Assembly (NCBI GenBank): GCA_001600815.1
Contig: BCKZ01000001.1
Location: 974,613 to 1,038,612 of the forward strand
DNA: 64,000 nt
From: Alloascoidea hylecoeti
Taxonomy: Eukaryota
Reading direction: 5' to 3'
In this document: in pieces, positions 10,841 to 22,258 of the stretch
Numbering within the stretch: position 1 is the first letter of the stretch
Layout: the number at the start of each line of letters is the position of its first letter
Translations under genes and position numbers: made by a program
The notes under the pieces: model-generated
Database searches by the model: none
The model's input: the letters and a program-made list of their open reading frames with translations, nothing else
What the model was told of the DNA's origin: nothing

Positions 10841-12670
10841 TTACCAGTCGTCAGCTTCCTTTTCTCTATCATCATTATTATTGGCATTGCCATTATTATC
10901 GTTGTAATCATCGCGATTATCGTTATCATTCTGAGGAGAACGAGATCTATCACGAAAATCACGGCGGTCATCACGATTATCCCTATCATCCCTATCTCTA
11001 GGACGGTCACGACTATAACGATCGTCTCTTCTATCGTCCCTTCTGTCGTCTCTTCGATCATCTCTGTAATTGCTTCTTCTATCATCTCTTCTACGATCGT
11101 CACCACGTCTGTCATCACGGTCTCTGTAGTTATTTCTGTCACGACCGTAACCACCACCACGTCTATCATCACGTCTGTCATCACGCCTATCATCTCTACG
11201 ATAGTTATCACGTCTGTCATATCTATCGTGCCCTCCATACCCTCTACCACCATCACGTCTATCATAATCTCTGCGCCCAAAATCTCTTCCACCTCTTCCA
11301 CCTCTTCTGTCACCATATCCACCTCTGCCGTATCTACTAGGTGGGGGAGGAGGTGGTGGTCCAGTGAAATCCAACTATTTGCAAAAATTTGGTTAGTATA
11401 CATAAATAAGAAAGCAAAAAAAGACACTCAACAATAGTTGTACTTACATCTTGTTTAACAGTGACCCTCTGACCGAGGAAGTCAATCTCATCTAACTTCT
11501 TGATAGAATCATCGAGATCATCTTGAGTTTTAAATTCCATAACACTAAAATTAATTGGAAATTGTTAGCATTTATCAAATTGTCAATTTAGACCTACCCC
11601 AGTGATGTTGTGAAGTTCGAATGTAATAATGAACCATTTCAATCCAAGACCACAAATTTTCATGCCATCGAATGTATATAAAAGAGGAAGAAGTACCCAC
11701 CCATCACCATCCAAATCACGAGGAATATCCGTATAAACTGCGTTCACCCCTGCGGTACGGGCATAATCTTTTAGATCCTATAAGAAACGGGTGTGGATAA
11801 TTAGAAACCAAAGCTTATTAAGTACCAAGAGAATAATCCAGTATGTATTTAAGTGAAAAGATAACAGCAATCTAACTCCAGGAATATCATTTTTTTATCT
11901 TTCAGTTTTCACTTTCTTCTGTAGAGTAAACTTCAAAAGGAGGAACTGACTAGGGGATAAATATATATAATATTGCAATAGTAAATACGCAATTTAGATA
12001 TATTTATCAAACCAAGTGTACCAAAAGATATAATTGTTTAAACCACCAGAGGAGAGTTTTATTATTATTTCCCAGGGGAGCATAAGGAGAAAAGGGAGCC
12101 AAAAGCCAGACCATAGTCCTTTTTTTTTTGTATGTTCTTACCTGCCAAGTTGAGTCATGAGGAATGCCTTCAACGATAATGCGGAATTCACCACGTTCAT
12201 ATCTGCTTTCCTTGCGCTCTCTATCAAAGTTACGACGACCACCCTTGGCCCATTCAACTTGGAGAGTTTGTCCATTAAGTTCAAACCCATCTAATTTTTA
12301 TGATATTAGTAATCTGCATAATAGACATTAAAACAAAACAATCAACTTACCATAATCACGTTTGGCTGATTCTGCTTCTTCGGCAGTTTCAAATTCAACA
12401 AACCCCTTTTGATAAAATATTAGAATCTATAATGTGAAATATGCAAAACTGAGAAAAAAAAAAAGAAAGTTTCTATTTTTGTCCCATACATATCCATTCA
12501 TGAGTTTAACATCTAAAACTTTTCCAGTCTTGTTGAAAAGATCCTGGATATCCTGACGTTGGACTATCATTTTGTTAGCTAAAGATCCCAATATAAATTT
12601 TAGTTAGGAGTAATGCCATACCTTCCATAGAGATTGGACGAACGAAAAGTCTGGTGTTCGAGTCAGACAT
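10841..12670 (-). CDS. NPL3: Npl3/Srp2-like SR protein (2 RRMs + RGG/RD-rich tail); exons 12670-12622, 12563-12490, 12405-12351, 12290-12142, 11777-11701, 11544-11448, 11374-10841
   Basis: RRM1 reads NTRLFVRP...MNGYGFVEF and the pseudo-RRM reads STWQ|DLKDYAR. All six introns are GT-AG with branch-point-like motifs. Confidence 0.85.
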
Positions 12671-12834
12671 TGTGTTTGCTTTGTTATGTTTTCTACGAGA
12701 GAAGGAGAGTGAAAATATTAATGAGCAGGGAGGGACCCAGATATACTCCGGTCCTCAAACTTCGTGCATAAACTTTTCAATATCATTCCTCCTTGTTGAA
12801 AACATCACGATAATTATCTTAAATTGGCCACATA

Positions 12835-15800
12835 ATGTCTTCAAACCCCCTTCTTTTTGCCAGGAGGGTCTTCAAACCTTCCAAATTTCACCTTAATGCT
12901 TTGAAATTAAACAGAACCCTTGCTTCTGCCTCTTCTAGACTGTATCAACCTGGGGCTAAATACTGTGGATACACTGTTAAAAGATCAATTGATGTCCCGG
13001 AGTTCGAGTTAACAGCCGTCGAGTTGGTTCATGATAAAACAGGGGCACAGCATTTACATATAGATAGAGATGATCGAAACAATGTGTTTAGCATGGTATT
13101 CAAGACTAATCCACCAGACGCCACTGGAGTTCCTCATATCCTAGAACATACAACACTTTGTGGTTCCCAAAAGTTCCCAGTAAGAGATCCTTTCTTTAAA
13201 ATGTTGAATAGATCTTTATCAAATTTTATGAATGCAATGACTGGGCATGATTATACTTTTTATCCATTTGCTACAACAAATGAAATTGACTTCACAAATT
13301 TAAGAGATGTTTATACTGATGCAACTTTAAGTCCATTACTAAACGAAGAAGACTTTTTCCAAGAAGGTTGGAGATTAGAGTCGGAAGATCCAAAGGATAA
13401 AACTTCTCCGCTTACATTCAAGGGTGTTGTGTATAATGAAATGAAGGGACAAATGTCAAGTGCTTCTTATCTTTTTTATATCCGTTTCCAAGAGAATATA
13501 TATCCAAGTTTAAACAACAGTGGCGGAGATCCGGCACATATTACCGATTTAGGTTATGGTGATTTGGTTGATTTTCATTCCTACAACTATCATCCTTCAA
13601 ATTCTAGGGTATTCACTTATGGTGATATTTTGCTTAAAGATCATCTACAACATCTTGACAAGGTGTTTAAAACTTTTGGTAGAAGAGCAACATCAAATGA
13701 AATTAAACAACCTATCAATCTGACAGAGTCAAAGAGAGTACTTGTCAAAGGACCTGTTGATCCAATGGTGCCTGCTGATGGTCAAGTCAAAACATCGTTG
13801 ACTTGGCTTGCTAGTACTCCAACTGATATCTATGAAACATTTTGTTTAAAGGTTTTAGGTTCGTTACTAATGGATGGCCACTCTTCTCCTTTACACCAAG
13901 CCCTGATTGATACTGGACTCGGTTCCGATTTTTCAGTTAATTCTGGCATGGATACGACAACTGCTGCTAATTTTTTCACTGTTGGTTTGCAGGGAATCTC
14001 TGAAGATAAGATTCCAGAGGTTGAAATCGCTATCAGAACAACACTGAATAAAGTTATGAAGGAGGGAATTGATCCTATTAGGATTGAGGCTATAATCCAT
14101 CAAATGGAACTTGGTAGAAAGGACAAGAAATCTAATTTCGGTATGCAATTATTATACTCTGTTGCACCAGGTTGGGTCAATAATATTGATTCATTCGAAT
14201 TGCTAAAATGGAATGAAACCATTTCAAGATTTAGAAATGATTTGAGTAAAGGTAGATTCCTTGAGAATTTGATTCAAAAGTATTTTGCTGCCGATAAACC
14301 AACTTTCAGCTTTACAATGCTTCCGGATGATAATTTCGAAAAGCAACTTGAAGCTGATGAGAAAGCCAGATTGGAGCAAAAAGTTAATGCTTTAGATGAA
14401 GAAGATAAAGAAATCATTTACAAAAGAGGTTTAAGATTACTTGAAAAACAAACTGAAAAGGAAGATTTGACTTGTCTACCGACTTTACATGTTAATGATA
14501 TACCAAAAACAGCTGAAAAATTCCCATTGGTTCATTCTCTCATAAATTTGGCCGGAACCGAAAAGGTGGACCTACAAAAGAGACTAACTGGTACCAATGG
14601 AATCACATATTTTAGAGCTATAAGACAACTGAATAATATTCCAGAGGATTTATATCCGTATCTACCATTATTCTGTGATGCTTTAACTAACCTAGGTACA
14701 AAATCGAAAACAATGGCTGAGTTAGAAGAGCAGATAAAGTTAAAGACAGGTGGTTTATCTGCTGGAGTAAATGCTCGTCCATCCCCCTCTGATATTAATA
14801 GTTTAAATTTACAACTTTCCCTTTCTGGTGTTGCATTAGATCAAAATGTTGAGCCTATGTTTGATTTATGGTCTCAATTATTACTAGAAACGAATTTTGA
14901 AAATACAGATAAACTTATCTCATTAATTAAGGCACAGGTTTCAAATAACTTGAGTTCTTTAGCTCAAAGTGGTCATTCCTACGCAAGATCAGTTGCGGCG
15001 TCTTATTTAACACCAGTGAAAGCCATATCGGAACAGTTATCTGGCGTTCAACAGGTGAAATTTTTAAATGACCTCACCTCCATGATAGAAAATGGCACAT
15101 TTGCAGATGTCGTGATTCCAAAATTAAAGGAACTACAACAGTTAATTGTTGCTTCTTCAAAATCTAGAATCGCATTAACATGTGGTGAAAATGCAGCTGA
15201 TTCAAATGAAAAGTTAGCAAGAGAATTTATCAATAAATTGCCTGCATCAGCTTTAGAAGATGGAAAAGATTATTTATCACAATTTAAGATGCCTTTGTAT
15301 ACAGCTGGTATTAAAACGAATGTAAGATTGCCTTTCCAAGTTAGCTACATAGCTGCTTCGCTCAAAGGTGTTTCTTATACCCATGAAGATGGTGCTCCTT
15401 TACAAGTGTTATCGAATCTTCTTACTTACAAACATCTTCATCATGAAATAAGAGAGAAAGGTGGTGCTTATGGTGGAGGTGCTGGTTATAGTGCTACAGA
15501 AGGTATCTTTTCTTATTACTCTTACAGAGACCCTAACCCAATGAAGTCTTTAGAAACAGTTTCTAAAGCCGGAGAGTTCGCAGTTGGCAAAGATTGGACA
15601 GATGAAGATTTAGAGCAGGCCAAGCTGACAATATTCCAAGGGGTTGATAGTCCTATTAGTGTAAAATCTGAAGGTATGATTGAATTTGTTGATGGTATTA
15701 CAGATGAAATGAGGGAAACAAGGCGAAAGAGATTGCTTGAGGTTGAGATTAATGATGTTAAAAGAGTAGCTCAAAAATACTTAATTGACAATAAAGAGAC

Positions 15801-15900
15801 GAGTTTTGCAGTTGTTGGGCCCAAAAAGGATGAAATAGACGATAGCTGGAATGTGATTGAGATGGGTGGAGCAGCTGAAGCATTGGGCGAGATGCAATGA
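12835..15900 (+). CDS. CYM1: Mitochondrial presequence protease (M16C)
   Basis: TGVPHILEHTTLCGS (HxxEH), RDPFFKMLNRSL and IREKGGAYGGG, with a basic N-terminal presequence. Confidence 0.95.
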   Translation: MSSNPLLFARRVFKPSKFHLNALKLNRTLASASSRLYQPGAKYCGYTVKRSIDVPEFELTAVELVHDKTGAQHLHIDRDDRNNVFSMVFKTNPPDATGVPHILEHTTLCGSQKFPVRDPFFKMLNRSLSNFMNAMTGHDYTFYPFATTNEIDFTNLRDVYTDATLSPLLNEEDFFQEGWRLESEDPKDKTSPLTFKGVVYNEMKGQMSSASYLFYIRFQENIYPSLNNSGGDPAHITDLGYGDLVDFHSYNYHPSNSRVFTYGDILLKDHLQHLDKVFKTFGRRATSNEIKQPINLTESKRVLVKGPVDPMVPADGQVKTSLTWLASTPTDIYETFCLKVLGSLLMDGHSSPLHQALIDTGLGSDFSVNSGMDTTTAANFFTVGLQGISEDKIPEVEIAIRTTLNKVMKEGIDPIRIEAIIHQMELGRKDKKSNFGMQLLYSVAPGWVNNIDSFELLKWNETISRFRNDLSKGRFLENLIQKYFAADKPTFSFTMLPDDNFEKQLEADEKARLEQKVNALDEEDKEIIYKRGLRLLEKQTEKEDLTCLPTLHVNDIPKTAEKFPLVHSLINLAGTEKVDLQKRLTGTNGITYFRAIRQLNNIPEDLYPYLPLFCDALTNLGTKSKTMAELEEQIKLKTGGLSAGVNARPSPSDINSLNLQLSLSGVALDQNVEPMFDLWSQLLLETNFENTDKLISLIKAQVSNNLSSLAQSGHSYARSVAASYLTPVKAISEQLSGVQQVKFLNDLTSMIENGTFADVVIPKLKELQQLIVASSKSRIALTCGENAADSNEKLAREFINKLPASALEDGKDYLSQFKMPLYTAGIKTNVRLPFQVSYIAASLKGVSYTHEDGAPLQVLSNLLTYKHLHHEIREKGGAYGGGAGYSATEGIFSYYSYRDPNPMKSLETVSKAGEFAVGKDWTDEDLEQAKLTIFQGVDSPISVKSEGMIEFVDGITDEMRETRRKRLLEVEINDVKRVAQKYLIDNKETSFAVVGPKKDEIDDSWNVIEMGGAAEALGEMQ

Positions 15901-16115
15901 TCAACTATATGTAAATATCGGTTGTACAATATTTTTAGATGAAAAATAAATGTAAATAGAAGAACAATATTATTATTGTGATAATGGTTATAATTTTATG
16001 AAGCTTGCTTTAACAACTGAACACCTTTTCCATTGGTTTCTTAAACCTCCATCATCAAATACACAGACCCTCAATTCATTATCATTTATTTCCAATTAAA
16101 TTGATACAATTCAAA

Positions 16116-17346
16116 ATGTCTGCTATGGATATAGATAACGATGTTCCAACCGTTCTTGCCACCCTAAGAATGGATTCGGACCCAGATTTAACTCCTGCTT
16201 TCTACAACTTGGAGGATCTATATGAAAGAAAGTTCGTAGCCTTTATTGAGCCATAACAACCACTCCTATATTTAAACTAACAATATTTTTTTGTCTTTTT
16301 TAACTAGACTCTGGCATCAACTTACAGGTTCTTTGGTTGAATTTTACCAAGATCCAAAAAGCAATGGTCTTCGTTTACGACTCTACAATAGGTTTATCGC
16401 CACTTTTCATAAAAAAATCAATCAGTTGAAACTTGTTCAATTCGCACTTGGGTCACTACCGGAATGTAGGGACGACGAAGAAAAACTTGCATTTTTGAAA
16501 AGAGTCGAAGATACAGTTTCTCCTGATCAAGAAGCTTTGATATTTGCACAAGTTGAAATTGCTCGAATCTATCTTCATTTGAAGACAGATGACACCGCAA
16601 GAGGAATACTAGATACAGTCGGTAAACAAATTGAAAAACTTGATTCAGTTGATACAATTATAAATGGTGCTTATTATTCTGTTAACTCTGAGTATTATAA
16701 ACATAAGGAAGATTTCAATAACTATTATACGAATTCTCTTCTCTATTTAGCTTGTATTACTGTGACAGAACATCCTTTACTAGATCAACAAAAAAGAGCT
16801 TATGATTTAAGTATTGCAGCTCTATTAGGTGATAAGATTTATAACTTTGGGGAACTTTTAGTACACCCCATCTTGGCATCATTGGTAGATACCGAGTATT
16901 CTTGGTTAAGAGATTTACTATTTGCCTTAAACACCGGTGATATTAATTCATTTGAATCTCTTTCTGGTAATTTTTCCAAGCAACCAGTTTTACAAAATGA
17001 GCAAGCTTTCCTCCAACAAAAAATATGCCTAACTGCTTTAATTGAATTAGTGTTCTCTCGTCCAAGCACTAGTAGAATATTAACTTTTGAGGAAATAGGG
17101 AAACATACTCACTTGACTGTTGATGAGGTTGAACATCTTGTAATGAGAGCTTTGTCCCTTGGTCTTATAAAAGGATTTATTGACCAAGTGTCTGAAACAG
17201 TTACGGTTACATGGATTCAACCAAGAGTCATGAATGAACAACAAATCACATCAATGAAAGATAAACTACTCGCTTGGGACGATAATGTGAAGAAATTGGC
17301 TGTCTGGATGCAAGATAACGGTAAGGAAATTTGGACCTCAGCCTAA
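16116..17346 (+). CDS. RPN9: 26S proteasome lid subunit Rpn9; intron 16232-16307
   Basis: The splice joins EDLYERK|LWHQLT. Also IYNFGELL and the PCI-domain segment EVEHLVMRALSLGLIKGFIDQV. Confidence 0.93.
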
Positions 17347-17427
17347 TAATGATAATATAATCCTATAGATATAACTTATATAATCATAACTAGAATTTTA
17401 TCATTAAAATTTGTTCATTAGCTATGT

Positions 17428-18270
17428 TCATAAATTTTTTATAAATCTTTCTGTTAAGCTTTCGATAGATGACAAGACAATCTTAACTAGATAATCTGAT
17501 TTAAAAACATCATCGTGTTTTCCAAAATCATCAATATATAAATTTGTTTTAATACCACTTTTTCGAAGATGGTTTAATAAAATTGATGTTTGGTTAAACG
17601 ATAAGAGTTCATCTGAATATGAATGAAGAATCGATATTTCCCCATCAAAATTTAGATTAGAATCAGGATCAGCTTTATATTTTTCATGATTATTATTAGA
17701 GATTGTAAGCTTATACTTTGAACTTATAGCACTATACTTATCCCATGATTCTTTATCTGTTCCAAATGTATCCTCTACAAAAAAATTATACGAAGGATAT
17801 TCATCAATTAATGTTCTAATGTCATATATTCCTTCTGAAAAGATCATACTCAATATTTTAAATGGCTTCCTTAGTTCGGAAACAAGATTGAGATGTATAT
17901 TGAGATATAATGATAAAAACGCTCCTGCTGAATGCCCTATGAACACCAGATTTTCCACTGAATACTTGGAAGTAATATATTTCAAGGCCAATAGAACGTC
18001 TAGAGTCTGGTCATAAATTTTAAATTCCGGGCTTAATCTGTAGTTTAAAGAAAAGGCAACGGAGATTGGAAGATTTGAGATCGTTGGGTGGTTTAGTAGA
18101 GATCGAAATAGGTGATCGGCATCTTGTTCTGTATTGTTTGGATCTCTCCATGCTCCACCATGTATGAAAATAGGAATTAAATCATTTGGGGAAGGAGGTT
18201 TGATGCTGAAAGATTTAAATACCTGAAGAGGATGATCCCCATAAGGAATTGTTTCTTCTACTAAAGTCAT
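17428..18270 (-). CDS. BNA7: Kynurenine formamidase
   Basis: IHGGAWRDP, YRLSP, GHSAG nucleophile elbow, DELL and GKHDDV. Confidence 0.88.
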   Translation of the reverse strand: MTLVEETIPYGDHPLQVFKSFSIKPPSPNDLIPIFIHGGAWRDPNNTEQDADHLFRSLLNHPTISNLPISVAFSLNYRLSPEFKIYDQTLDVLLALKYITSKYSVENLVFIGHSAGAFLSLYLNIHLNLVSELRKPFKILSMIFSEGIYDIRTLIDEYPSYNFFVEDTFGTDKESWDKYSAISSKYKLTISNNNHEKYKADPDSNLNFDGEISILHSYSDELLSFNQTSILLNHLRKSGIKTNLYIDDFGKHDDVFKSDYLVKIVLSSIESLTERFIKNL

Positions 18271-19190
18271 TCTTTTGAAGAAGAGAATGGAATTAACCCT
18301 AGAGCAGAAAATATATGGGGATCTTCTTTAGATTACAACAACATTCGTACACCCAACTAGCACACCTCTTGGATATTAATTCAGTCATAGATTATCCAAA
18401 TTTTATTGAAGTAGGAACATATTTTGTACGAAGAAAAAGAAGGGTATATCTCCTGAGTCTCCTTTGTCAAAATATATGCCATTTACAGTACACATGTATT
18501 AGGAAGAATATTATCTGTCACGGTACCAGTTTCGGCATTCGAGATACAGTTGCAGGTATTAGAGTAGAAATCTGATTCTATGCTATGGAGAGACTTTCTG
18601 ATCATTTATCTTCATTTTTTGCTTTCCCGTAGTTTCTTAGGGCTGATTCATGTTTCCCGATAATTCTTTTTCACCTACTCTATTGCAATTGGGTTCGAAT
18701 TCAGATCAAGACCACAATATATGCAGGACACTTATTCCTTTTCAAACCACGACACGATATCACCAGCTTCGTAAACAGGGGCATCATCTTGTATGAATAT
18801 TATTCTGAAAATTTTGCCAGTTTTCTACGAGGTGGGGCACTTTTCGGTATTGTATCTGTTATGGGAAATTGTTTCGCGACGTCTGTCAATGGCAAATCAT
18901 GATCACTGATCAGTAAGCGCCATCCATCTCAGATGTCCTATGGACCTAACTATATTGATTAGCTTTCTGCGACGGGTTTCGGATCTCAGAATGGAGGCAT
19001 TGGAGAGCCTAGAACCGTTTCTCACGCTAAGCTTACATTCGTATCTTTTCGGCCCCACTTGCCCATCAGGAATATTTCTACAGTTTTTGTGATTAATGTT
19101 AAACTTATAAAATTGGCTCAATACCTATTTTAGAGCTATTCTGGATCACAATTGTATTTCAACAAATTTGACAATATTTTTTCTGATTTG

Positions 19191-19200
19191 TTCACGTGAC
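19191..19200. promoter_or_regulatory. Cbf1/bHLH-type E-box (TCACGTGAC) upstream of RRP3
   Basis: An exact RTCACGTG match about 80 bp upstream of the RRP3 ATG. Confidence 0.35.
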
Positions 19201-19278
19201 CTGATTGACCTAATTTTTTTACTCTTTTAATCGAAAAACATTTTTTTCTTTAATAAACTAAATTTTATAAAAACTAAA

Positions 19279-20817
19279 ATGCCAAGTCTTAGAGAGAAGG
19301 GGCAAAAGTCCCACAATAAAACTAAAATATTAAAGTCTGGTAAAATGCGTAAGATCACAAAGTCTAAGAAAACCAGTAAGAATGAAGAAAAGAGTAAAAC
19401 TGATCGAGTAAGCGAAAATAGTAAGAAACTCAAGAGATTAATAGCAGATTTTAAATCCAAAGAAGAAGAAAACAAAAACTTAAATAATACAAAAGAATCT
19501 GATGATGAGCCATCAAAAGAAGATAATAATGAAGAAGAAGAATCTAACCCTGTTGATAAAACAACATTCCATGATCTTGGTCTTTTACCTCAATTATGTG
19601 AAGCAGCCGAAGCAATGAAATTTAAACATCCAACACCTATTCAAAGTCAGGCTATTCCATTTGCCTTGGAGGGACGTGACATTATAGGTTTGGCTCAGAC
19701 TGGTTCTGGTAAAACAGCTGCATTTGCTCTTCCAATTTTGGATGCACTTTGGAAAGAACCTTCTAGATGTTTTGCATGTGTGTTATCACCAACAAGAGAA
19801 TTGGCAGTTCAAATAACTGAACAATTTGAAGCATTGGGTTCAAATATGGGCGTGAAAGTTGCAACTCTTCTAGGAGGTATGAATAAGGTGGACCAAGCTC
19901 TTGCTTTGGCAAGAGGTCCACACATCATCGTTGCTACTCCCGGTCGTTTAGTCGATCATTTAGAATCCACAAAGGGATTTTCGTTAGGAAAATTGAAATA
20001 CTTGGTTATGGACGAAGCAGATAGATTACTTGATATGGATTTTGGAAAAGAAATTAATACAATTTTGAAAATTATTCCACCAGAACGACATACTTATCTT
20101 TTCTCGGCTACAATGACAACTAAAGTTCTCACATTACAAAGAGCATGTTTAAAAAATCCTGTGAAAGTTGCAGCAAATGTTGAAAATACCACAGTTGCAA
20201 CATTAGACCAAAAAATAATATTTCGACCTTTTGCAGAGAAAGATTTCATTTTAATATATTTACTTAATGAATTTCTTGGAAATTTGACAATTATATTTGC
20301 AAGGACTTGTAATGATGTACAAAGAATAGCAATTTTATGTCGAACATTAGGATTTCATGCTGTTCCGTTACATGGACAATTATCACAGAGTGCCCGTTTA
20401 GGAGCTTTAAATAGATTTAAATCAGGCACGAGGTCAATTCTGGTTGCTACAGATGTTGCCGCCCGTGGTCTTGATATTCCTCATGTCGATTTAGTTCTAA
20501 ACTATGATATCCCTACAGACACAAAATCGTATATTCATCGAGTTGGTAGAACGGCAAGAGCAGGAAGATCAGGTAGAGCTCTTACACTTGTTTCACAATA
20601 TGATTTGGATCTGCTTTTAGCCGTTGAAAACACATTAGATAAAAAGCTAGAACTATATGATATTAATCAAGATCACGTTGCGTTGCTACATGAACGAGTT
20701 AGTGAAGCACAACGAATGGCAATTAGAGAAATGAAAGATGTTCAAGCAAAACAAAAAACTAGAAATAATAATGGATTTCGGGGAAGAAGAGGTAAAAATG
20801 ATAGGGAAGAACAGTGA
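19279..20817 (+). CDS. RRP3: DEAD-box rRNA helicase Rrp3/DDX47
   Basis: Q motif, [31 protein letters not shown] and HRVGRTAR, ending with the Rrp3-type [10 protein letters not shown] tail. Confidence 0.93.
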   Translation: MPSLREKGQKSHNKTKILKSGKMRKITKSKKTSKNEEKSKTDRVSENSKKLKRLIADFKSKEEENKNLNNTKESDDEPSKEDNNEEEESNPVDKTTFHDLGLLPQLCEAAEAMKFKHPTPIQSQAIPFALEGRDIIGLAQTGSGKTAAFALPILDALWKEPSRCFACVLSPTRELAVQITEQFEALGSNMGVKVATLLGGMNKVDQALALARGPHIIVATPGRLVDHLESTKGFSLGKLKYLVMDEADRLLDMDFGKEINTILKIIPPERHTYLFSATMTTKVLTLQRACLKNPVKVAANVENTTVATLDQKIIFRPFAEKDFILIYLLNEFLGNLTIIFARTCNDVQRIAILCRTLGFHAVPLHGQLSQSARLGALNRFKSGTRSILVATDVAARGLDIPHVDLVLNYDIPTDTKSYIHRVGRTARAGRSGRALTLVSQYDLDLLLAVENTLDKKLELYDINQDHVALLHERVSEAQRMAIREMKDVQAKQKTRNNNGFRGRRGKNDREEQ

Positions 20818-21350
20818 AAGGGTTTCATAAATAAATAAGTATTCTATCTATAAGTGTATTTTCCATCATATGTGTATGGTGGCTAGATATAATTAACAGT
20901 AAATAAAATACACAGATTTCTGGTTATAGCTAGCCTTCAACCACAAAACTTTGACCTACCTGAACTACATTATTATTTAAATTTCTGATTCAAACTCCTA
21001 CTAGAAACCACTTACTGAGGACATTCTAATGAATGTGAAAAACCTCTTTGGTATAAGTTATGCTCTTATCAATTATATTAATATGATTACATTCGAATTC
21101 CTTTCGTAGATATTATACTAGCAGCGTAAATTATAACTACAGCCACTTAACTTCACTTCAGTAGTATTTATTTTTGGAATATAATTGAATATAAAGATGG
21201 AGTAACTTGATGTTGAATTCATATTTTTGTGGCACCGTTAATAAAAGAGAAAGAAGCAGATGAGATATATATAAAGATGGTCAAACCATAAGAAAAGCAT
21301 AATAAACCTCTTTTTATATATTTAATATATTGCTAATTATCTGCCTATGT

Positions 21351-21505
21351 AACTCTTTAAATATTCATATTATTTTCTCGACTTCTTGCAAAGAAAAAGT
21401 TAGTGAAGCACAATATATGGGTAGGAATTAGAAAAATGAAATATACCAAGTGAAACCGAAAACTAAAATCTCGAGAAAGAAAAGATAAAAATAGGATAAT
21501 AATAG
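21351..21505 (+). pseudogene. Degenerate fragment of the RRP3 3' end
   Basis: gttagtgaagcacaa...aattagaaaaatgaaatat...caagtgaaaccgaaaacta aligns by eye to RRP3 20698-20817, with indels. Confidence 0.7.
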
Positions 21506-22258
21506 CTGATACAGTATTCATTAACATTCAAACTTCGAAATAAACATTTTATTGATACTTTTAATATATTATAACGATGGAGAAAGGTTAAATAATATTA
21601 GAAGAATGAATATGTATGTAGCAGTGGTAGAGAGATTTGTAAATAAATGTTTTGAAAAACATTTCTAGGTCAAATCAACTAGAGGTGTTCAAATAATTAA
21701 CACATTATTTAATTTATACCTATACAGGTAGGTGCATAGTCAAATATAAAAAAATCGAAAATAGCCTTCTTGAATTTTTATTTTCCATATTTCTTTATAC
21801 AGTACTTCTTTTATATCGATTAATTCCCTATATATAAATTATATGAAATATCCTATTATCTTACTTTTATCAAACTTTGAAACTTTATTAAGCTCAAACC
21901 AATTAAATGTAAGGAAATCACATTACATGTAATCAGTAGAATAATTAACATTTACTTTTCTTTGAAGGAATCTGTAAGTAAACACAATTGATACCAGTCT
22001 GCCTCTAATAATGTAACTTATTTTATAGTGTGCATATGAATAACTCATGTTTAGTAAACTGTGCAAACACAAAAAGAAACAGCTGCAGTAAAAAACAGTT
22101 AACTATTATTCATTTCTCCATACTTATAATTCCTTTTGTACTCATAGCTAGCGCTTAACATCATTCTTTTTCTACTTAATATCATTTTTACCAACTTACA
22201 ATATTTGATTTTCTTTTTCTACTGTATTATTCATATAAATCGGTCTATTGGATAGCAT

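Noticed and set aside
10813..11427. 204-aa alternative-frame ORF and antisense ORFs over the RD repeat
   Set aside because: These are shadow frames of the low-complexity SR-protein tail. The spliced frame is the RD frame.
13901..15630. Alternative yeast genetic code (CUG=Ser/Ala)
   Set aside because: CTG codons in CYM1 fall at conserved Leu positions (HQALID, AKLTIFQ), supporting the standard code.
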